In this document: piece after piece, positions 1 through 11,163 of the stretch
Layout of the letters: every line of letters starts with the position of its first letter
How positions within the stretch are numbered: position 1 is the first letter of the stretch
Source: Macrostomum lignano
Taxonomy: Eukaryota
DNA: 64,000 bases
Direction of reading: 5' to 3'
NCBI GenBank assembly: GCA_002269645.1
Contig: NIVC01001160.1
Span: forward strand, 124,001 to 188,000
Notes under the pieces: model-generated
The model's database searches: none
Told to the model about the DNA's origin: nothing
Seen by the model: the letters and a program-made list of their open reading frames with translations, nothing else
Position numbers and translations under genes: made by a program

Positions 1-87
1 ACACAGGGATCATATGGCTGGTTTATCCCAGGTGACACAGGGATCATATGGCTGGTTTATCCCAGGTGACACAGGGATCATATGGCT
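1..87. repeat. 34-bp tandem repeat, ~2.5 copies, cut by the window edge
   Basis: ACACAGGGATCATATGGCTGGTTTATCCCAGGTG recurs at 1, 35 and 69. Confidence 0.9.
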
Positions 88-835
88 AAAAACATGGGAA
101 TAATGTATCATTAAAGGGGTTGAAGGACAATAGACAATAGCAAACAAGAGTTGTTCAATAAACTAAACTGCGATATATTCTCACCTGTGAGCAGAGCAAT
201 GACCAGAGCAATGACCAGATCAATGACCAGAGCATTGAATTGTCGAAGCATTTTCCTGACAAATTAATAAGCTTCAGATTTTTTGATAACGTTATAACTC
301 TTAATTAAAGGTCTAAAACTTAGACAGACGCATTTTAAGCATGGATGAAAGATTAGAAAGGATCGCTCATCTGAAAACGAGTCTATGGCCAAAACCTACT
401 AAAAATTGGGATATTCCCCCCCATGAATTTCATTGGCTGCTGGAATTTAATAAACAAAGTAAACAAATTTTGCCTCTTGATAGACCGGCAGTTAGTTTGT
501 ATTTTTTGTACTTGACTGATTATGTAGAGGGAATTGAAGGAGGCAGTAATTGAAACAAATAACAAATTGTTTCAAAAGTTAAGAAACAAGACAACTAAGC
601 ATAAAGCGATCGAACTTTGAATAAGTGGGGGGCAAGTTAGACAAAAAGTGAAAAGTAAAAAATGTCAAGTTACTTTTTGTAGCTTTGTACACTTCTATTC
701 CTCATAACTTTCATCCAATGTAACAGTAAGGAAATAAGGAAAAAATTATAAAGCTATTCGAAATGGCACAGCAGGTACATTGGTCATTCGAAGTCACTGA
801 CCAAGAAACATAATTTTTTTAGGTTGAAGCAGATT

Positions 836-1090
836 TTATCTTCTCACTGTGTGATGCAGCTTGATTTGAACATATTGTTGGGCAATTCCACGCAGCAATA
901 AATATCTGTGATTTTCCTCGACCCCATGTAACAGCACAATCTGGAAAACACATCCATGGAGACACCTTCGCGCACTGCTGTTGCTGGCTTGACTTAATAG
1001 GAAAGTAAAAAAACTAACCTTGCTGCCGTCCTCATTTCTGTCACCAGTCTTAGATGAGCAGTCCTGAGCAGCGCAGTAGCGCTTGGCCAT
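836..1090 (-). pseudogene. THAP zinc-finger-like N-terminal fragment, probably frameshifted or TE-derived
   Basis: MAKRYCAAQDCSSK...KVSFF fits the THAP start M-x3-C-x4-C. One extra T in the T7 run would give SFFYFP (THAP F-x-F-P). The downstream W and C-x-x-H-F are not clearly found. Confidence 0.35.
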
Positions 1091-1275
1091 TCAGCTTTAG
1101 ACGAAAACAACTTGAAACAGAACAAAAACAAACCTAATTGTTGCATGTACGTTGGCTAGACATCTATAACTGCCTTCTTCCTCTGGGTCATGACGGCTTA
1201 GGGGAAAGAAATTAGCGTTTAAAACAAGAAAAACTTGGTTAAAACTTTGTTGGTTAAAACTTGGTTAAAACTCGT

Positions 1276-3700
1276 TTAAAACTTAGGGGCAGCACCAAGG
1301 AGCCGTCGGGCTCCGCGCAGCGCGAGCTGTACCAGTGGCTGCTTGGTAGAGTCGACCACACCGTTCGCCTTGTAGAACCAGGACACGGCTGCGAGGTGAC
1401 AGGACAGGCTGCTGACGGAGAACAGTCGGTTTCTAGCCAGCTCCGCCAGGTGGTTGCACACGAGTAGTTTCGGACGAGCTGAAGCTAGGCACTGAGAGCA
1501 CAGGAGGCGGACCTGAAAAAGAAGGTGAGAAGCAGCGGCAGGACTCAAGCAAGCAGATGCAAGCAAGCGGGTAGGCACGTAGCAGGTGCCGTAGAAACGA
1601 AAAAAAAGTTAGCAAGCTGGCTAGGGTCGTTAGCTCTGGATAGCGGGTCCGCGAGAAGCTGAAAGCGGCCAGGCACGTGGTACGCGCGCACGATAATGTC
1701 ACGCTGGATGCAGGTCAGAGTGACGAGCCTCTGCAGGTCGGCGATGCTGCGATGCTTGGCCGAGCTAGAGTTGATGATGCCGCAGGCAGCGGTGCTGTCC
1801 GTGCACACCGCAACGGAGCGGCCGCTGAGGGCCTCTTGATGCTTCAGGATAGCGACCAGAGGGGCGGCGCACTCCTTGAGTTTGATGTGGAGCTCTTCGA
1901 ACTCGCTACCGCCAGCTAATAAAAAGCCAGGTCGAGTCACTGTCGTCGAAGTGCAGCACCGCTACGCCGCCTGCGACGCAGGCGTCAGACTCGATAGCGG
2001 CGGCCGGCCGACGCGATGGCCAAGCGGACTTTGGCGGCAGAATGCTCAACGCGATCGTCCACCACTCCAGCTGAGACCTGAGCTCCACCGTTAACTTGAA
2101 CACGGTCGGACGGGTGCGTCAGGCTATTGGTGAGATCGATGAGCGGGCGCAGGAAGGTTCGACCGTGCTGAGCGGTAGTGCACATATGGCTGAGATGCCC
2201 TAGCAGCTTCTGCAACTCAGACTTCGACACGTCTTGCTGCGACAGGCAGGTGTGAAGTGGGAACTGAAGCTTCTTGGCTTTGTCAGCTGGGAAAGAGAGG
2301 CTCGCTTGCACGGTATCGATGTCTATCCCCAGGAACCGCAGCTTGGTTGTTGGTGGCACGGCTTTTCTCTCGATGATGACGAATCCAAGCTCGGTGAGCA
2401 GGTTACGCAGCTCGCAGTAGGCTCGGTTGCACTCAGCTTCTGTCCTCGCCATGACAAGAAAGTCATCTATGAAGACAATGGTGGCCAGGAAGCCTTTGCG
2501 GCACATGATACGCCGAACCGCTTGAGTGAGACGATGGAAGATGCTGACAGAGGCACGACTGCCGAATGGTAGCCGCGTGTCCACTATGTAAGCCGAGCGC
2601 CCGTCACCGAAGTCCCAGTGGATCCCGGTGGCTTGGTAGCACTGCGGAGAAATGGGCACAGCACGGTAGGCGGATGCGATGTCAACCTTCGCCATTAACC
2701 AGCCCGGCTGCATCAACCTGACGGCCTCATCGACAGAAGTGAAGCGGAGCTTGCGCTGCTGTGCGTAGTGGTCGTTCAGGCTTTGGCGGTGAGGAACGGA
2801 GCAGTCGTGGATCAGCCAGATGCTGGCGCTGTCCCTAGGAATCGCGCCGAGTTTGCAGACCATCGTGGGCTTGTCCGCCACCGGGATGTATCTGCCCAGA
2901 CGGATTTCTTCTTCTAGGGCTGCTTGGACTTGGTCGCGCTTTTGGTAGGAGGATTTGTAGTTGCTCAGAAAACAGGGCGTAAAATCAAGGTCATCAGCAA
3001 TAGGGAAGCCATGCTTAATAGGGAAGCCATGGAAGCCATAGGGATGCCGTCAAGAATAAAATCAGCGTCGTGGTCACCGGCGAGCTCCAGGCGCCAGGCG
3101 TCGATTCGGAGATCACCAGACGGCCGCGTCAGATCAGAGATTTGAGTAGACGGCCTGAGGAGGCCTGCCGCTGGGGCAGGCTGCGTCAGGTTGTTAAAAT
3201 CAGAAGGCGTAAAATCGGCTGTGCGCGCGCAATTGGCGCGCTTTCTCAGTTTTTTGCGTGATTCTGCTCGGAGTGGTTGCCCTCGCAGACTCGACAGGCA
3301 TGCAGAAAGCGGCAGTTCGTTCTTGAGCATCCGTTGGTGCTGTTGAAAGACAGACAGAGCTCACGGCCTGAGGATGTTCGCGGCCCAACGATGCGGTTAT
3401 TTTTAGGCTGGGGACGCCTGGCTGTCTGGTTCTGCTAGTTCTGCTGGTCACTCTTGGTGCTGAGCAGGTACCTGATAAACATCTGGGAGCAGTCTTTTCC
3501 CCAGCGGAGACTGTTGGCGGCGCGATGCTGGCGGTAGTCATGGTCGAATCGGACCACCCGGTGCACTGGGAATCGGTCGAAAAGCTCAGCCACTTGGATT
3601 TTGTACCGGGCGTAGTCCTTGGCTTGTTCCACCGCGGCTCCGCCCCCACACCCCCGCAAGGGGGCTTCGCCCCCTTGACCCCTCTCTGTGCACTCACTCA
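1276..3700 (-). mobile_element. Truncated, degenerate tyrosine-recombinase retrotransposon (DIRS order, Ngaro-like): gag - RT - RNase H - start of YR
   Basis: Gag-like YARYKIQV..FDHDYRQHRAA..W plus the Cys/His motif CLSFNSTNGCSRTNCRFLHACRVCEGNH (~3250-3600). RT 1985-2881 has LIHDCSVP, MAKVDIASAYR, RLPFGSRAS, FIDDFLV, FLGIDID. RNase H has IESDAC, TDSTAAC, HVPGRFQLLADPLSR. The YR N-terminal region LSCHLAAVSWFYKANG..LALRGARR ends at ~1276 with no catalytic domain. Confidence 0.8.
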
Positions 3701-5122
3701 AATTTATGATGCAACTTAATAGTCAATCGACAATGGGATTCCAACACGCCGACTCGTGCGTCAATGGCAGAATCGTGCGTCAATTTTGCCATTGACACAC
3801 TCATCGGCGTGCAGGAATCATTCATTCTTGAGTTGTTTGGCTGTTAGATTGTCAGCGCGGAGCATATTGGCAGTGAGATATCGATATCTTTGGTAGCCAA
3901 AAAAATTTTTTGCCAAGCATGCCAACGCTGAGGGCAGAGCACGCGAATAAAAGGACCAGCGCGACCCCAACCCCCACCACCCCACACCACGCACACCGCA
4001 CCCACCCCCACCCAGCGGGCAGAGGCACCGGCCCGGTCAGCTAAAACCGATTACAGAGCCAGTAAAACCGGCCCTGAAATCGCAACATAATATTTGACTG
4101 GATTATTATCAATTGCGAATTGATTAAAATAAACTCGATCCTAGCGGGCGCTACATCGATATCGTCCATTACTAATCGATCTAAATTCGTCACACCAAGT
4201 TGCTGTTCTGACGTGTAAGCAAAAAACCTGACCTTCTCTTTATTGTAACTCATTTCAGTATTTCACTCATTTTACCTATAGAAAAGTATGGCAGACAACT
4301 CAAAAACAGAAAGACAACTACTAACTTTAGACACCAGTAAAATTCTTTTAAACCACGGCTCTGGTTTTTTACCATTAATTATATAGGCTTCACGTTCTAC
4401 CTGATAGATTCTTTTAAGTATTCGACTGAGAGCCCAAACTTTACATAGCTGCTTGGCCCATATACATGAGTGTGTGTGTAATTTTTCATTCATTTATATA
4501 CCGCAGTTTAGAAGTTACCTTGGGGGGGGACTAATTACTTTTGGAACACCAGAGTATTTTGAATTTTTACGTGACACAGTATTCTGAATGAAGGTGAGAC
4601 AGAAGACTAATTAATTGAATAAGGTTCGCAGCCACTGGCGGTGGCTACTTACAAAGATGGCACTTCATCAAAAAAGGGTTGTTTCACGGCCACGGGAGCA
4701 AGAAGGTGTGCAGTTCGTATAAGTGCTCATCAAGATAGACTTTCGACCGTATAAATAATGTGAAACAAAAACCCGGCAGAGTAAGAGCTAAAAGCAATCC
4801 CTTGACTCGTACATTAATTTGAATATTTGCAGACATGGAACACTATTAAATAACAACAAAGAAACATTCGAAACAAAACGAGTTCATCACGCAATTTATG
4901 TGGCGACAATTTCAGCTCCCCTTTTCGAGGCTATCCGCTGAGCTTATAAGAAAATTTTCCTCACAAGAAGCTCCCATATGCGCATTATTGAATAAACCTA
5001 AACTAAACTATATCATGTCATTTTATAAATAATGAGGTATCGGGGCTCCCAAATAGGCATATTACATGCATACAGCCAGCAAGCTATCTAAAGAAAAAGT
5101 TAAGTCTGTTGAGTTCATAAAT

Positions 5123-5537
5123 CCATGCAGTCTCAGCTCCACGGGGTGACTCAATCCATGCAGTCTCAGCTCCACTGGGTGACTCAATCCATGCAGTCTC
5201 AGCTCCACTGGGTGACTCAATCCATGCAGTCTCAGCTCCACGGGTTGACTCAATCCATGCAGTCTCAGCTCCACGGAGTGACTCAATCCATGCAGTCTCA
5301 GCTCCACTGGGTGACTCAATCCATGCAGTCTCAGCTCCACGGGGTGACTCAATCCATGCAGTCTCAGCTCCACGGGTGACTCAATCCATGCAGTCTCAGC
5401 TCCACGGGTGACTCAATCCATGCAGTCTCAGCTCCACGGGGTGACTCAATCCATGCAGTCTCAGCTCCACGGGTTGACTCAATCCATGCAGTCTCAGCTC
5501 CACGGGGTGACTCAATCCATGCAGTCTCAGCTCCACG
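5123..5537. repeat. 33-bp minisatellite just 3' of the fibrinogen-domain gene
   Basis: Unit GACTCAATCCATGCAGTCTCAGCTCCACGGGGT, ~12 copies; explains the repetitive ORFs at 5062-5596. Confidence 0.95.
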
Positions 5538-5556
5538 GATTAACTCCCCCCCGTCA

Positions 5557-6791
5557 TCACTGGCGAATCAAGCATTCGAAGTTCTTCATCGAGTAGAACA
5601 GCGTCAGCTCCAGGCCAGCGTCGTGCAGATAATAGTACATTCCTCCGCCTGAAAATGCGGCTGGTGGCACCAGGTACACTCCGTTGGGGTTGATGAAATT
5701 GCACCAGCCGAACCACCAACCAGCTGACCTGTCATGGGCGCAGCTGCCCTCAGGCCAGTTGTCATTGTCAGCATCCGGCGTGCTGAACTGCCAGTTGTTC
5801 GGTGACCAGTCCCAATCAGTTCGCTGTCCGACACTCGACCTGCTCGCGTCCAACGGTCCCATCGAGCACCTGTACTTGTCAGTCGCTGGGCCAACAGAGA
5901 ACGGAGCATTCTCAGCCCAGTACCAGGTGCCGTTCCAGTCGCTGAACTCCCAGCGGACTCTCCACCCTCCAGTGGCGGTGAGCTGGTGCAGCTGCTCCAG
6001 CCCCATCCAGTAGTTGAGACTCTCGCCCTGACCGAATCCATTGACGTATTCCGACCAGCCACGGTTGAAGCTGACGGAGCCGTCGACTCTGCGCTGGAAC
6101 GTCGTCCAGCAGGTCTCCGACGGCTCTTTGATCTGCAGTTTGAGAGACAGGACGATTCATCAGTCAGCGACCCAAGTCTCAGCTCACTCACCCACAGCAT
6201 CATCAGCAGACTCAGCTCACTCACGCACAGCACCGGCAGACTCAGCTCACTCACCCACAGCAACAGCAGACTCAGCTTACTCACCCACAGCACCGGCAGA
6301 CTCAGCTCACTCACCCACAGCATCATTAGCAGACTCAGCTCACTCACCCACAGCATCGGCAGACTCAGCTCACTCACTCACAGCACCGGCAGACTCAGCT
6401 CACTCACCCACAGCATCATCAGCAGACTCAGCTCACTCACCCACAGCAACGGCAGACTCAGCTCACTCACCCACAGCATCGGCAGACTCAGGTCGCTCTC
6501 ATGCCGGCACTTCCTGCAGCCGTCCTGGCCACCTCGGTCGCACACCAGCAGGTCGCAGCCGCCCGATGCAGCGTCGAAGGAGGCCGCGTGAGCCCCGGCC
6601 GCCGCAGCGCTGCTGACGCAGTGCGTCTCGCCTTGAGCTCGGATCGATTTGAGCAGCCGGTACTCGGAGACGTCACCTCGGAGCTGCTTCCAGGTCGTGA
6701 CGGCCTGGGCTGAGACGGCCGGCAGGGCGAGCAGGGCGCCACAGCCGAAGGCAGTCCAAAACAGCAACGCAACTGACTGCAGAATTCTCAT
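5557..6791 (-). CDS. Secreted protein: signal peptide + Cys-rich (PAN/apple-like?) region + fibrinogen-related domain (FReD); 2 exons
   Basis: Exon 1 6791-6471 (MRILQSVALLFWTAFGCGALLALPAVSA..., ends TGG|GTGAGT, phase 0; an upstream ATG at 6812 is possible). Exon 2 6132-5557 (CTGCAG|ATC) reads WTTFQRRVDGSVSFNRGWSEYVNGFG..YWMGLEQLHQLT..FSTPDADND..CA..GWWFGWC..NPNG, which are canonical FReD motifs. Confidence 0.85.
6180..6492 (-). repeat. 30/33-bp intronic minisatellite made of the exon end plus the splice donor
   Basis: Minus-strand unit CTGAGTCTGCCG(A/G/T)TGCTGTGG|GTGAGTGAG, ~10 copies. Confidence 0.9.
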
Positions 6792-7163
6792 TCTGACTGG
6801 CGGTGAAAGCATCGAATCGGTGATGGGGATTCTGCAGACAGGGGGTGCTAAAAGTCTCATTTGATGGGTTTTTGTCTTTTTATAAACTGCCTTCGCTTTG
6901 TCAGCGATGCCTCCGAGCTGCATGAAGAAGTTGGCCAGCATCTCTTGTGCCTCATCGTCATTGTCATCATCTTCATGGGGTATTGTCGTTTACAAGAAAT
7001 GGATCACTTCCGGTTCTATCGTAGTCATATTGTTGTATTGACTTTTACGTAGCTTTCTACTAGGGGAAGTTTCCGTGTGTCAATCGTGACCTAAGTTGGC
7101 CAGCAAGTCTCAGTTGTTGGGGTTAACCTGAGCTTTTCTTGTGTGAATTTTGCTCAGAAACAA

Positions 7164-7275
7164 ATGGAGTCTGTTTTTCAGTCGGATATAGCATTATGCA
7201 TATTTGCCTTGTGTGCAAACAGTGCAGTGTGGAGCTACAGGTCAATGGGAGATTTCCTTAGTTTGCATGCAGACT

Positions 7276-7308
<33 letters not shown>

Positions 7309-7321
7309 GACTAACTAACTG

Positions 7322-7380
<59 letters not shown>

Positions 7381-7411
7381 GACTAACTAACTAACTAACT
7401 AACTAACTAAC

Positions 7412-7454
<43 letters not shown>

Positions 7455-7528
7455 AACTAACTAACAACTAACTAACTAACTAACAACTAACTAACAACTA
7501 ACTAAAAACTAACTAACAACTAACTAAC

Positions 7529-7560
<32 letters not shown>

Positions 7561-9642
7561 TACTAACTGACTAACTAATTAACTAACTAAGCAAGTAACT
7601 GAATAACCAAACATTTAATAATTTAAAGACTCGATATATCTAAGCAATATAAACTGGAGGCGCCGTTCGCTCTTCAAAGAAATGCACCATTACCCACGCA
7701 GACAATTTTGATCCGAGTTTATCGAACAGCGTACTGAGAGAAAAAAAACAATAAAAAGTGTCACGTGACTCTCGCAGCAGCGGAGTCAATCGGTGCAGAG
7801 GCCGAATCGACCAACAACGGGGTCGAAACCGATGCAGTAGAGACCCTCGCAGCAGTCTGCGCGGCGCCTGCACACGTTGCCAAGGCCGTTGCACTGCCGG
7901 CTGCAGCCCGCCGCCTCCCTCGGAGCTGCGCGAAGGGGAGCGGCGATTGTGTGAGCTCTTAAAGATAATGGTAGTCAGAATTTACGTCTGGGAAAGATCA
8001 CATCTGTCTGCTGGGGATCACATCTGTCTGCTGGGGATCACATCTGTCTGCTGGGGATCACATCTGTCTGCTGGGGATCACATCTGTCTGCTGGGGATCA
8101 CATCTGTATGATATAGGTCAAATTTGTCTGGGTGGAGGTCAAATTTGTCTGGTGATGGTCACATCTGTCTTGTGAGAGTCACATCTGTCTGGGTGGAGGT
8201 CACATCTGTCTGGGTGGAGGTCACATCTGTCTGGTGGAGGTCACATCTTTTCGGTATAGGTTACATCTGTTTGGTGAGGATCACATCTGTCTTTAGGATG
8301 TCACATCTCTCAGATCACATCTGTTTGGATAAGGTCACATCTGTCGGAGGTGAAACAGGTGCCATTTGGTCAGAAACTACAAATTCACTTTTTACTCACC
8401 CATGAGCAAAGAGGCAAAAAGTACCAACAAGAGAAAGCCAATCTGCCACATCGCGCTTTGTCGGTCAGCTCAGCGTCAGCTTTTCAAATATCGCTCAACG
8501 TTTTAAATAATGCTCCTACTTGTCCTTAACAAATTCCCATGCGACTTTGATTCAGTTTGCTGCTGTGGCCATAGACAGTGTTGACTTGTTTAGATTTCTA
8601 TAGTTGCTCCTCAGGCCTGGCAACTTGCGTGTCTTCAGGCTTAGGTAATTTTTGCAGCTTTTGAGTATCTTCTTTTAAATGTCAACCAACACACCAGGTC
8701 GCTATCTGAGACTTGTAATCTTTCTTGCTCTGCACACAGGTCAGTCAGTTATACTTTGTTTAATAATACCACTTTCATGAACTTTGTATTATTACGGGGG
8801 TGGGGGGCGCAGCCCAGAGGTCCAGTGCGGTGCTCTGATGTGCCAGCGGCCCAGGCTCGATTCCAAGTGTAGTCGCCTTAATTTGGGCCTGAATTGGAAT
8901 CTCTGCTCGGCTCTGCTCGTGCAATTAACGCCCTTTGAGGGCCGACCCTCAAGGAAGTGGGAAGTGTACATGCCGAAACGATAAATTAAGTCAGGGCCGC
9001 TGTGCACTCCTGTGTGAGTGTGTGCCTGTGCGTGTGACTGCGTACGTGCACACAGCCCCTGCCTCTATCAATACATACATGCACGCCTGTTCCAACTGTG
9101 TAAAATACAAAAACAACTGTACGCAGGCTGCAGCCACCCTGGCGCAACGCCTTCGGAGGCATCGACCCACAGCCAGCGCTGGGGCAATTCTGCTCATTCA
9201 GCTGACTCCTGAGCACACTCAAGAGCGCCAATAACTGTACTCAGGCACGCACTCGTGCACACGCTCACACAGGGTGCACATCAAATCGTTAGAAAGTCAA
9301 AATCCTGGTAGGAATCGAACCAGGAGTCGTGGCGCGAGACTCAGAGTTGCTCTTCCCAGCCCGTGTTCAACTCAGTATGCCCAGCAATCCACTACCTTCC
9401 CAGCAGCTCCCGGAATCCTGGGCAGCCGACCCTGTGGAAAGGGCGGCGACCCCTGCACCACCGGCCCGGACTGCTGCTCGGGCGCCTGCGACGCCAACCC
9501 CGCGTTTCCTTTCGGCTACTGCATTCACGGCTCGACCGCGGCAGCCAAATCCGGCAGAAGTTCCGGTTTGCAAGTCAGCCAGCGTGTCACCATGCTAACA
9601 CTGGCCTGCCTGTTGCTGGTGCGAGTGGGCCGAAATTTGTAA
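7164..9642 (+). CDS. Putative secreted Cys-rich precursor (~160 aa) with a six-Cys module and an ICK/knottin-like module; 3 exons
   Basis: Exon A 7164-7240 (MESVFQSDIALCIFALCANSAVWSY, AG|GTCAAT, phase 2). Exon B 7778-7950 (CTCGCAG|, ends T|GTGAGC, phase 1). Exon C 9404-9642 (TTCCCAG|) encodes CGKGGDPCTTGPDCCSGACDANPAFPFGYC. The phases join in frame. Exon A is the least certain. Confidence 0.5.
7275..7590. repeat. (CTAA)n microsatellite
   Basis: Direct reading, with occasional CTGA/CAA variants. Confidence 0.97.
7993..8345. repeat. 20-bp minisatellite, near-perfect to ~8107 then degenerate
   Basis: Unit GGGATCACATCTGTCTGCTG. Confidence 0.9.
8803..9047 (+). mobile_element. tRNA-derived SINE-like element, copy 1
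   Basis: B-box-like GGCTCGATTCC at 8854-8864 with an A-box-like segment upstream; ~240 bp similar to 26412-26655. Confidence 0.55.
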
Positions 9643-9944
9643 TTTGCAGTTCATACAAATATTATTCGTAATATCATTAGCTGTCTGTCAGCATTCCTTC
9701 CGCTGGGAAGACAGCAAAAATGAAATACATTATTTTTAAATAAACTACGAGTACATAGTCATAGGCTTTGACCTCGTAAAGGCACCATTGTTGATTTCTT
9801 GAAGAACATGACGATTAGGGCAAAAAAGCATCCCCAATGTGCTTTGGCTCAAAAAGCAACAGAGCAACCCCATGAGCCACAGATTTGCATCAATTCCTGT
9901 ATGAACTTTTGACATCTTAGCAATCCTCCCCGAGCCAGTTATGT

Positions 9945-11163
9945 TTGACGTGACCCTTCTTTTATTTGAAATGACGCTTCTTTTGTTTGACATCGGGCTT
10001 CTTTTGTTTGACATGACGTGTGTTTTAAGTTTTACATGACGTGTCTATTTTTACATGACGTGTCTATTTATTACATGACGCTTCTTATATATGTTTTACA
10101 TGACGTGTCCTTTATGTTTGACATGACGCGTCTTTTATGTTTTACATGACGTATCTTTTATGTTTGACATGACGCGTGTTTTATGTTTAACATGTCGTGT
10201 CTTTTATGTTTAACATGTCGTGTCTTTTATTTTTGACATGACGCGTCTTTTATGTTTAACATGTCGTGTCTTTTATTTTTGACATGACGTATCTTTTATG
10301 TTTGACATGACGCGTCTTTTATGTTTTACATGACGTGTCTTTTATGTTTGACATGACGCGTCTTTTATGTTTGACATGACGCGTCCTTTATGTTTTACAT
10401 GACTCGTCTTTTATGTTTGACATGACGCGTCTTTTATGTTTGACATGACGTGTCTTTATGTTTGACATGACGTATCTTTTATGTTTGACATGACGCCTCC
10501 TTTATGTTTTACATGACTCGTCTTTTATGTTTGACATGACGCGTCTTTTATGTTTGACATGACGCGTCTTTTATGTTTAACATGTCGTGTCTTTTATTTT
10601 TGACATGACGTATCTTTTATGTTTGACATGACGCGTCTTTTATGTTTTACATGACGCGTCTTTTTTTGTTTAACATGTCGTGTCTTTTATTTTTGACATG
10701 ACGTATCTTTTATGTTTGACATGACGCGTCTTTTATGTTTTACATGACGCGTCTTTAATGTTTGACATGACGCGTCCTTTATGTTTTACATGACTCGTCT
10801 TTTATGTTTGACATGACGTGTCTTTATATTTGACATGACGCGTCTTTTATGTTTGACATGACGCGTCTTTTATGTTTAACATTTCGTGTCTTTTATTTTT
10901 GACATGACGTATCTTTTATGTTTGACATGACGCGTGTTTTATGTTTTACATGACGCGTCTTTTATGTTTAACATGTCATGTCTTTTATTTTTGACATGAC
11001 GTATCTTTTATGTTTGACATGATGCGTCTTTTATGTTTTACATAACGTGTCTTTTATGTTTGACATGACGCGTCTTTTATGTTTGACATGACGCGTCTTT
11101 TATGTTTGACATGACGCGTCTTTAATGTTTGACATGACGCGTCTTTTATGTTTGACATGACGC
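9945..11163. repeat. ~21-22-bp minisatellite
   Basis: Unit ~TTTGACATGACGCGTCTTTTATG, ~1.2 kb. Confidence 0.95.

Noticed and set aside
4250-4560. Tc1/mariner-like end (TACTCTGGTGTTCCAAAAGTAATTAGTCC on the minus strand) and nearby short ORFs
   Set aside because: Only one end found and no recognisable transposase motif
5062-5596. ORFs with 11-aa repeats
   Set aside because: Translations of a 33-bp minisatellite on both strands
7275-7590. (CTAA)n as a telomeric repeat
   Set aside because: TTAG tetramer, not TTAGG or TTAGGG; lies inside a predicted intron
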